From Candidatus Bipolaricaulia bacterium (lineage in GTDB: Bacteria; Bipolaricaulota; Bipolaricaulia; RBG-16-55-9): 16,366 nt of DNA. The translations under genes and the position numbers were made by a program. Shown here piece by piece: positions 6,723-14,124 of this stretch. The stretch is from assembly GCA_042219045.1 (NCBI GenBank), contig JBDGQO010000066.1, positions 1-16,366 on the forward strand. Reading direction: 5' to 3'. A model generated the notes under the pieces. That model worked only from the letters and a program-made list of their open reading frames with translations, ran no database searches and was not told the DNA's origin. The first letter of the stretch is position 1; every line of letters starts with the position of its first letter.

Positions 6723-9017
6723 CTAAGACGGAATCGTTTCCTGCCGGTCGTCGGCGTGTTGAGCACTCGTCCCTTGGCCGTTCAGGCGCTCGAGCGTGAC
6801 GACCGCGTTGTAGTCGGGCACGCGGGCCTCCGGCGACCGCCGGTCGTAATCCAACAGCACGTTGCCCTCGGGCCAATGGACTTGCAGGTTGCCCGGTTTG
6901 ACCGGAGCGATTGCCGCATAGCCCTGATAGACACCACGATGGTTGCGCAGCGTTACGGGTTCGCCGTTCCGGACGCCGTAACGCTCGGCGTCGTCCTCGT
7001 TGATGAGCACGGCCTCGCGCTGCTTACCCGTGATCTTGTCCGAGGCGGCCTGGACCATGCTGTTGAACTGCTTGCCGCGGCGGGTCGTCACCCGGAAGTG
7101 GCCCTCGGGGACCTTCGGCAGCGGCAACGGGACCGCGTCGAAGTGGGCCTTGCCGTCGTGGGTCTTGAACGTCCAGTTCGCGCAAAGGTGGGCCCCGCCG
7201 TACTGGAAGACGTCCCCTTCCTGCTGCAAGTGCTGGATCCCGTCGTACATGGGAACCGCCTGGGCGATCTCCTCGCGGATCTCGGCCGTATCGTTGAACG
7301 CTAGCTTGTCCGCCAGATCGGGCCGCGCACGACGCGCGATATCGAGAAAGACGTCCCACTCGGGGCGAACCTCGCCGGGACGGGACCCGGGAATCTCCGG
7401 GCTGAACATGACGCGGCGCTCGGTGCTCGTCTGCGTGACGCCGCCGGGGATTTCATAGCGCGTGGCAGCGGGCAGGAGAATCACGTCCTCGCTCGGCTCC
7501 ACGAACATTTGCGGGTTGAGCATGATGTCCATGTGGACTCGCAACGGCACGTTGCTCAAAGCCTGCTCCACGTAGTCGCGCTGGGCCAGCACGTCGAGGA
7601 AGTTGCCGCCCGCGGCAAAGAGCAGCTCCATGTTGCCATCGTAGGCGGCGTCGATCATGTCCGTGGCCGTGTGGCCGGGCTCGGGGCTCATCTCAAAGCC
7701 GTAGAACTCGCTGAACGTCTGCGCGCTCTCCGGGCCGACCGGCACGCCGCCGGGGAACGCCGTCGAGTAACAGCCCATCTCGGCGCCGCCTTGGACGCCG
7801 GAGTGCCCGCGAATCGGCATCAGGCCGCACTTGTCGCGGCCGACGAAGCCCTTGGTCAGCCCGAGGTTGATGATGGCCTGGACGTTGTTCTCCCCATGTT
7901 CGTGCTGGGTGACGCCCATGGACCAGACGAACACGGCCGTCTCCGCTTCGCCGACCGTCTGGCCGAACGCGCGCATCTCGGCTTCCGACACGCCACTCAG
8001 CCGCTCCAGCTCCGACCACGGCTGGTCGTCCAGCGAGCGTTCCAGCTCGTCGAACCCGTCGGTGTAGTTGTCGATGAAGTTCCGGTCGACGAGGTCGCGT
8101 TCGATCATGTGCTTGATCGCCCCGTTGATGAACGCGATGTCGCCGCCGACGTTGACCAGGTTGAACCGATCGGCGATCTGGGTACCGAACAGCGCGCTTT
8201 CCGGATTGGACGGCACCCAATACTTGTCCATGCCCGGCTCCTGATAGGGGTTGACGACCTCGATCCGCGTCCCTTCCTTCTTGGCATAGTGGATGTATTT
8301 CGTCGCCACGGGCTGGTTGTTCGCCACGTTGCTGCCGAAAAACACGACCAAGTCCGACCCGATCCAGTCGCTGTAGGAACACGTCGTCGCCCCCGCACCG
8401 ATCGATCGTTTGAGGCCGCCGGTGCTCGGCGAATGGCAGATGCGGGCGGCGTTGTCCACGGAGTTGGTCCCCAAAGCTCGAACGGCCTTCTGGGCGCCGT
8501 AGTAGGATTCGTTCACCATGCCGCGACTGGTGAGATAGAACCCGAGCCGATCCGGGGTCGTGCTCTGAATGCGTTCGGCGATCCTGTCGAGGGCATCGTC
8601 CCAACTGATGCGCTGGAACCCTTGCTCGCCCTTGCGCCGGATCATGGGATGGGGCAACCGCCCCATCTGGCGAAGGTCTCGGGCGCGCCGGTCCTTCAGA
8701 TCGGAGATGTCATTCAGTTCGGAGATATCAAGCGCCGGCATCGTGTTGAGCCGCAACAGCCGCAGGCGAATGTTGCAAAGATGAACGCCTTCCAGGGTCC
8801 AGTCCTTCATGCCCGTCGTCCCGAGCGCGCAGCCGTCGCAGACGCCGCGGTCGAGCACGCGCCAGGCGTAGCGTAAGTTGTCGCGGTTCTCCCAGATGGC
8901 GCGAAAGACTTCCGCAAAGTTGTTCGGGCGCTGTTCGCCGATGCCGAACGGCTTCAGGCTTGCCCAGTTGGAAGGTGTCCACCGGAGGGGATTGAGATCT
9001 TTCAGCAGGTTCCGCAT
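6723..9017 (-). CDS. FdhF/YdeP-family molybdopterin oxidoreductase (formate dehydrogenase-like)
   Basis: N-terminal CDGC...HLC, FYLTSRG, NAARICHSPS (Cys ligand + His), PIRGHSGVQG, TTRRGKQFNSMV, VPDYNAVV. ATG at 9017 lies 8 nt from the SD (AAGGAGG). No Tat signal. Confidence 0.93.
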   Translation of the reverse strand: MRNLLKDLNPLRWTPSNWASLKPFGIGEQRPNNFAEVFRAIWENRDNLRYAWRVLDRGVCDGCALGTTGMKDWTLEGVHLCNIRLRLLRLNTMPALDISELNDISDLKDRRARDLRQMGRLPHPMIRRKGEQGFQRISWDDALDRIAERIQSTTPDRLGFYLTSRGMVNESYYGAQKAVRALGTNSVDNAARICHSPSTGGLKRSIGAGATTCSYSDWIGSDLVVFFGSNVANNQPVATKYIHYAKKEGTRIEVVNPYQEPGMDKYWVPSNPESALFGTQIADRFNLVNVGGDIAFINGAIKHMIERDLVDRNFIDNYTDGFDELERSLDDQPWSELERLSGVSEAEMRAFGQTVGEAETAVFVWSMGVTQHEHGENNVQAIINLGLTKGFVGRDKCGLMPIRGHSGVQGGAEMGCYSTAFPGGVPVGPESAQTFSEFYGFEMSPEPGHTATDMIDAAYDGNMELLFAAGGNFLDVLAQRDYVEQALSNVPLRVHMDIMLNPQMFVEPSEDVILLPAATRYEIPGGVTQTSTERRVMFSPEIPGSRPGEVRPEWDVFLDIARRARPDLADKLAFNDTAEIREEIAQAVPMYDGIQHLQQEGDVFQYGGAHLCANWTFKTHDGKAHFDAVPLPLPKVPEGHFRVTTRRGKQFNSMVQAASDKITGKQREAVLINEDDAERYGVRNGEPVTLRNHRGVYQGYAAIAPVKPGNLQVHWPEGNVLLDYDRRSPEARVPDYNAVVTLERLNGQGTSAQHADDRQETIPS

Positions 9018-9092
9018 CTGCAAGTCCTCCTTTTCCTCGCCGCAGCCCGTTATTTGTGCGTCAAGGGCACGATTCTGAAGAGTCTATAGCGT

Positions 9093-9857
9093 CTACCGTT
9101 CGTGATCCACCCCGTCCGTCAGCGCCCGCAGCCACGGGGTGCTCCGCACCCACGCGTCCGTCGTCTTGATCGCATTGAACGTGTAGATATGGAACCCATC
9201 CACGTGCTCGTAGACCTCTTCCATGAGCGGCGTCGGGTCGTAACGCTGGACCATTTTGGCCACGTCGCGCGTGGACATCTTCTTGATGAAGCCCAGCGAG
9301 GCGTTGACGCCACAGCGCATGGCGAACTGCGTCAGCTTCGGGACGCTGATCGGGGGAGCGATGCCGCAATGAATCGGCAGGGTGACGCCCTTGTCCCGGA
9401 TGCGCGCCACCCACTCGACAATGGCATCCGGATCGAACGCCATCTGGGTCGCGGCGTACGTGGCCCCCAGCTCCTGCTTCTCCAGCAGGACGTCGTCGCC
9501 GAACGCCTCGTCGGGATACGACGGGTGCCCTTCCGGATACGCGGCGACGCCGATCGACGAACAATGCGCAAAATAGGGGATGAGGTCGGCGGCCCGCTCG
9601 AACGGCCCCACCGGATCGAGGTCGCCGCCGATGAGGAACACATGATCGCGCACCGTGCCCGCCAGCTCATGGAGATGATCCTCGCTCTCAACAAGCGCCG
9701 CGGAGATGTGGGGCGTGTGCTGTCTGTCCAATCGCTGATACGTCTGGAGAGTTGGCTCGAGAGACTCTTGGGTAGCCGTGATCGTCAGTGACCAGTCTTT
9801 GGAGATGTTCTCAAGCTGCAGCTTAGAACTGGGGAAGATCTCGAAGGTCGCTTCCAT
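9093..9857 (-). CDS. metF: methylenetetrahydrofolate reductase (short form, ~254 aa)
   Basis: FEIFP, PHISA, FLIGGD, GVAAYPEGHP, LLEKQELGA, ATQMAFD, GFHIYTFN. ATG at 9857 has SD AGGGAGG; the track's 43-aa extension from 9986 looks non-coding. Confidence 0.9.
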   Translation of the reverse strand: MEATFEIFPSSKLQLENISKDWSLTITATQESLEPTLQTYQRLDRQHTPHISAALVESEDHLHELAGTVRDHVFLIGGDLDPVGPFERAADLIPYFAHCSSIGVAAYPEGHPSYPDEAFGDDVLLEKQELGATYAATQMAFDPDAIVEWVARIRDKGVTLPIHCGIAPPISVPKLTQFAMRCGVNASLGFIKKMSTRDVAKMVQRYDPTPLMEEVYEHVDGFHIYTFNAIKTTDAWVRSTPWLRALTDGVDHER

Positions 9858-9983
9858 GCGGGCCTCCCTTGGCGCGTCAGGCCGTTTGGACCGTCGCAAG
9901 CGAGTTAGCTTGACGTCAAACGGAAGCGTATCGCAGTCCCGGACCCTAGTGCAAACCGGGGCATTTGACGCCGATTGGTCCAA

Positions 9984-10015
9984 CATGATACCTCAGGGAG
10001 ATCTCCACTATCATG
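9984..10015. promoter_or_regulatory. symmetric divergent promoter/operator between metF and fhs
   Basis: CATGATA (9984-9990), N18, TATCATG (10009-10015), which gives a TATCAT -10-like hexamer on each strand. Internal palindrome GGAGATCTCC at 9997-10006. Confidence 0.5.
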
Positions 10016-10040
10016 ACGTTCCGTAAGGAGGGACCCGATC

Positions 10041-11723
10041 GTGCCATCGGATATCGACATCGCCCAATCGATCGAACTGGATCCCATCTGGGACATCGCC
10101 CAGAAAGCTGGGCTGGACCGCGACGAACTGGAACCCTACGGCGACTACAAGGCGAAGGTTAAGCTGAGCGCACTGGACCGACTCGACGACGAGCCAGACG
10201 GGCGCCTCGTTATGGTCACCGGCATGACACCGACGCCGCTGGGCGAGGGCAAGACGGTCACGACCGTCGGCCTCGGCCAGGCGTTCAATGCGATCGGCAC
10301 CAACGCGATCACGGCCGTCCGGGAGCCGTCCATGGGCCCCGTGTTCGGGATCAAGGGCGGCGCTGCCGGCGGCGGGCACGCCCAAGTGCTGCCCATGGAG
10401 GACATCAATCTCCATTTTACGGGCGACATGCACGCCATCACGTCCGCGCACAGCCTCCTGTCCGCCATGCTGGACGCCCACATCAAACACGGCAACGAGC
10501 TGGAGATCGACACGACCCAGATCGTGTGGAAACGGGCGGTCGACATGAACGACCGCGCGCTGCGCAACGTCGTCGTCGGCCTGGGCGGCAAGGCCCACGG
10601 CGTGCCCCGTGAGGACGGCTACATGATCACCGTCGCCTCGGAGATCATGGCGATCCTCTGCCTGGCGAGGGACCTCGGGGATCTGAAGGAGCGTCTCGGC
10701 CGCATCATCGTCGCGTACAACCGAGATGGCCAGCCCGTCACGGCGGCCGATCTCGACGCCCACGGCGCCATGACGGCACTCCTCCGGGACGCCATTAAGC
10801 CGAACCTCGTCCAGACGATCGAGGGGACGCCGGCGTTCGTCCACGGCGGCCCGTTCGCCAACATCGCCCACGGCCACAACACGCTCATCGCCGACCGCAT
10901 CGGGCTCAAACTGGGCGACGTGCTCGTGACCGAAACGGGCTTCGGCGCGGACCTCGGCGCGGAGAAGTTCTACAACATCGTCTGTCGGCTCGGCGGCCTC
11001 AAGCCGGACTGCACCGTCGTCGTCGCCACGGTGCGGGCGCTCAAGATGCACGGTTACGGCATGTGGCCCGTCGAGCTGGAGGACCTCAAGCCGGAGAACG
11101 TCGACGCCGTGGAACAGGGCCTTGCCAACCTCGACAAGCACATCGACAACCTCACCAAGTTTGGCGTCCCGGCCGTCGTGGCGGTCAACCGCTACCCCCA
11201 AGACACCGACGCCGAAATCGAGGCCGTCTTGAACCACTGCGAGTCCCGCGGCGTGCGCGCCGAGGTCTCCAACGTCTGGGCCGACGGCGGCGCCGGCGGC
11301 GCGGACCTCGCGGAGAAGATCCTCCGGACCATGGACGAGGAGCCGGCCGACTACGGGCCGATCTATGACGTCCAACACTCCATCCCAGACAAGATCGACG
11401 CCATCGCGAAAACCATCTACGGCGCCGACGGCGTGCAGTTCGTCGGCCGCGCCCACAAGGACATCCAGCGGCTAGAGACGCTCGGGCTCGACCAGACGCC
11501 CGTCTGCATGGCCAAGACGTTCCATTCCCTCAGCGACCGTAACGAGCTGAAGGGCGCGCCCTCGGGCTGGACGCTCAGCGTGAAACAGGTCTATCCGTCG
11601 GCCGGCGCCGGATTCTGTGTCGCGCTGTCGGGCGACGTCTTGACGATGCCGGGCCTGTCCAAGCGCCCCTCGGCCGTCGACATTGACGTCGACGAGCAGG
11701 GGCAAGTGACGGGGTTGTTCTGA
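10041..11723 (+). CDS. fhs: formate--tetrahydrofolate ligase
   Basis: TPTPLGEGKTVT, REPSMGPVFGIKGGAAGGG, INLHFTGD, HGGPFANIAHG, GFGADLGAEKF, VCMAKT, TMPGL; 560 aa; GTG start with SD AAGGAGG. Confidence 0.98.
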   Translation: MPSDIDIAQSIELDPIWDIAQKAGLDRDELEPYGDYKAKVKLSALDRLDDEPDGRLVMVTGMTPTPLGEGKTVTTVGLGQAFNAIGTNAITAVREPSMGPVFGIKGGAAGGGHAQVLPMEDINLHFTGDMHAITSAHSLLSAMLDAHIKHGNELEIDTTQIVWKRAVDMNDRALRNVVVGLGGKAHGVPREDGYMITVASEIMAILCLARDLGDLKERLGRIIVAYNRDGQPVTAADLDAHGAMTALLRDAIKPNLVQTIEGTPAFVHGGPFANIAHGHNTLIADRIGLKLGDVLVTETGFGADLGAEKFYNIVCRLGGLKPDCTVVVATVRALKMHGYGMWPVELEDLKPENVDAVEQGLANLDKHIDNLTKFGVPAVVAVNRYPQDTDAEIEAVLNHCESRGVRAEVSNVWADGGAGGADLAEKILRTMDEEPADYGPIYDVQHSIPDKIDAIAKTIYGADGVQFVGRAHKDIQRLETLGLDQTPVCMAKTFHSLSDRNELKGAPSGWTLSVKQVYPSAGAGFCVALSGDVLTMPGLSKRPSAVDIDVDEQGQVTGLF

Positions 11724-11757
11724 GCATTCCGCAAACAGGAGGAGGAGGCGACACGAG

Positions 11758-12369
11758 ATGAACGCGACGGACGCGCGCACCGTACGCCGACCGACGTGGC
11801 TGGAAGCCGTGCTCCCGCTCCAAGGGGTGCTGCCCTCGGCCATCGCGATCGTCGCGGGCAGCCTTGCGGTGGCCGCGATGGCCCAGCTACGAATCCTGTT
11901 GCCGTTCTCGCCCGTCCCCATCACGGGACAGACGCTGGCGGTGCTGCTGGTCGGCACGGCCCTAGGCCCGTGGCGCGGCGGCTTGAGCCTGGGGCTCTAT
12001 CTGGCAGAGGGCGCCGTGGGATTGCCCGTGTTCGCCGGCGGCGCGGCCGGACTGGCGACGTTGGCGGGCCCGACCGGCGGCTACCTGATCGGATTCGTCG
12101 CCGCCGCCGTCCTGACGGGCCACCTCGCCCAACGCGGCTGGGATCGACGGTGGCTCGGGGCTGCCACAGCGATGGTCCTGGGCAATGCGATCATCTACGC
12201 ATTCGGGGTAACATGGCTGACCCGCTTCGTCGGCTGGCCGGCGGCATGGCTGCAGGGCGTTGCGCCGTTCCTCGCCGGGGACGCCATCAAGGTAGCGATC
12301 GCAACCGGTTTGTTGCCGTCAGCTTGGTCATTGCTCGATCGTCTTCGGTTGCCGAGCGATCGGGGCTAG
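11758..12369 (+). CDS. bioY: biotin transporter BioY (ECF S-component)
   Basis: PFSPVPITGQTLAVLL, YLAEGAVGLPVFAGG, GPTGGYLIGF, PFLAGDAIK; hydrophobic throughout; SD AGGAGGAGG. Confidence 0.95.
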   Translation: MNATDARTVRRPTWLEAVLPLQGVLPSAIAIVAGSLAVAAMAQLRILLPFSPVPITGQTLAVLLVGTALGPWRGGLSLGLYLAEGAVGLPVFAGGAAGLATLAGPTGGYLIGFVAAAVLTGHLAQRGWDRRWLGAATAMVLGNAIIYAFGVTWLTRFVGWPAAWLQGVAPFLAGDAIKVAIATGLLPSAWSLLDRLRLPSDRG

Positions 12370-12401
12370 ATGGCTTCCGGTAAACGCCCCAAGCATCCCC
12401 G

Positions 12402-13577
12402 TTAACGCGGCAAACAGACCTGTCCATCCGGCAAATAGTGGAACGGATGCCGGCCGGGGTTGCCTTCGACACTGAGTTCACCGGCAGCGTTGTTTCCCTT
12501 GATGACGTTGCGCCCGGCGAACCTAAACGCTCCGTTGAGCGCCTCGGCCTTTAATTGGAGGTCACTCTTGAGACAGGGCTTCGTCATTCCCGCCAAGCCC
12601 CAACCTCGGTTGTTTCGAACGGTGGCGTCCTCAAGGCGCAAGTCCGCTTGGCCCCCCAAGAGCACACCCTGGCGATTGCCATCGATTTGGCTGTTTATGA
12701 TGTTGACCTCGGCCGGAAGATTCAGCGAAAAAAGCCCGCCAGGGTACTTCAAGCCGAATCCGACCCGAATCCCGGCGTTGAAAAGCGCCATCTTGTCTGT
12801 CTGGCCGTTGTCGATGACCCGCGAGTTGACCAGCTTGAGTCGACTGTTGTTGCCAACGTCGACGCCCAGACCTGAAGGGGAACTTGGCACACCCACATGA
12901 CCTCGGATCGTTGTCTCCTGCACAAATGCCTCTGCTCCACTCGAGAGTTGTAATCCGGCGATACCGTTGTCGGCAATGACCGTGTTCGAAGTGCGGATCG
13001 TGCTGGCCCCAATAACGCCGATTCCCCGCTGCCGATTGTCTTCAATGACGGTTTCCGCCAAGCGAACGGACACGTTCGGGCCAAAGACCGTCATGCCGAT
13101 GATATTGTCCGAGATGCGGACTTCCTGGAAAATCAGACTGGCTGAGCCGACTGACGTCTCCGGGCGACTTAGGGCAAAGATACCTCCTGCCAAGGCTCCG
13201 ACCGTTTCAGCCTTCGAGCCCGTCAGTTCCAGGTTCCGCAACCGGATCACGGTGACCTCCTGGCTTCGCGCGTCGACGCCAATGACCGGCTCGAAGTCTC
13301 CTTGATCGTCCTTGGTCGCTTTGATCGTGGTACGTTCGTCGCCGATGCCTTGTAACGTCAGCGTCTTGTTGATCACGATGCTCTCCTGCCACGTTCCGGC
13401 CTCCAGACAGATCACGTCGCCGCGGCGGGCGTCGTCGATCGCGGCTTGGATGGACTGATCCTCGGACAGCGTCACCGAACACTCGGCCGGCGCGTCGCCT
13501 TGGCCGTTCGTCACGCCCCACCCCGCCAGTCCGACCAAAAGCGCCGTCAAGATCACAACAGACAGACCTCGCGTCAT
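12402..13577 (-). CDS. exported right-handed parallel beta-helix repeat protein (paralog 1)
   Basis: Signal-peptide-like N-terminus; SIQAAIDDA..GDVICLEAGTWQESIVINKTLTLQG cap typical of pectin-lyase-like/NosD folds; repeated I.DN..G coils; SD GAGGTG 7 nt upstream. Confidence 0.85.
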   Translation of the reverse strand: MTRGLSVVILTALLVGLAGWGVTNGQGDAPAECSVTLSEDQSIQAAIDDARRGDVICLEAGTWQESIVINKTLTLQGIGDERTTIKATKDDQGDFEPVIGVDARSQEVTVIRLRNLELTGSKAETVGALAGGIFALSRPETSVGSASLIFQEVRISDNIIGMTVFGPNVSVRLAETVIEDNRQRGIGVIGASTIRTSNTVIADNGIAGLQLSSGAEAFVQETTIRGHVGVPSSPSGLGVDVGNNSRLKLVNSRVIDNGQTDKMALFNAGIRVGFGLKYPGGLFSLNLPAEVNIINSQIDGNRQGVLLGGQADLRLEDATVRNNRGWGLAGMTKPCLKSDLQLKAEALNGAFRFAGRNVIKGNNAAGELSVEGNPGRHPFHYLPDGQVCLPR

Positions 13578-13629
13578 CGTCCATCACCTCATGATTCCTG
13601 ATCTCAATGTCGTCGGCTGTTCGACCAAC

Positions 13630-14091
13630 TCACCCGGACAGCATTCTGAAGAGCACGCCAGCTCCGATAAGCAAGACGGCGGTCATCAACATCTTCCCGG
13701 CCATGCGACGCGCTCTGGGGTTGGATGATCGGCCGCTCATGACCTGATCGTGGACGGTGGCGTCGGCCGCATGCCCGCCGGGCCCGCTAAAGTGACCGCC
13801 TCCTGGGCTCCCGTGGGGCAATATCGCGACGAGGGCGGCCAGAACGCCGACGCCGATCAGCCCGAGCCCGTATGACGCGCCCGTGAGCAACACCATAATG
13901 CCCGCAACTGCCGCGCCGACGAGCGCGTAGAGCAGGGCCGCCTTGCCGATCTCCCACAAGGACGACATGCCCTGTCGAACGGCGGAGCCGATCCATTGGC
14001 TGATCTTGCCAGCTGTCGAGGTCGCCGCTCGATGCCCCACGTCCTCGGGCGTGGCGCTCCGTTCGCTCCGATTGCCTTGGGCTCGAGTCAT
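13630..14091 (-). CDS. hypothetical membrane protein (about 3 TM segments)
   Basis: SD AAGGAGG upstream; two adjacent hydrophobic segments, a Gly/His-rich loop and a C-terminal hydrophobic helix; fills the gap between the paralogs on the same strand. Confidence 0.7.
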   Translation of the reverse strand: MTRAQGNRSERSATPEDVGHRAATSTAGKISQWIGSAVRQGMSSLWEIGKAALLYALVGAAVAGIMVLLTGASYGLGLIGVGVLAALVAILPHGSPGGGHFSGPGGHAADATVHDQVMSGRSSNPRARRMAGKMLMTAVLLIGAGVLFRMLSG

Positions 14092-14124
14092 GGTCCAGCT
14101 TGCCTCCTTTCCACTGGGACGCTG

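Noticed and set aside
8425..8460. Selenocysteine in the formate dehydrogenase-like protein
   Set aside because: The ligand codon is TGC (Cys) in RICH; no in-frame TGA.
5214..8876. Long plus-strand ORFs 5214..7304 and 7509..8876
   Set aside because: Antisense or off-frame shadows of etfA, pabB and the FdhF/YdeP gene; R/G/V-rich, with no family motifs.
9858..9986. 43-aa N-terminal extension of MetF; SAH, SAM-II, ZTP or c-di-AMP riboswitch identity for this region
   Set aside because: A better SD-linked ATG exists at 9857; only isolated words (AGCTAAC, CAAACGGC) resemble those consensus sequences.
10011..11456. 481-aa minus-strand ORF
   Set aside because: Antisense shadow of fhs.
12361..12401. 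Intrinsic terminator between bioY and beta-helix paralog 1
   Set aside because: Only a weak interrupted stem, with no U-tract on either strand.
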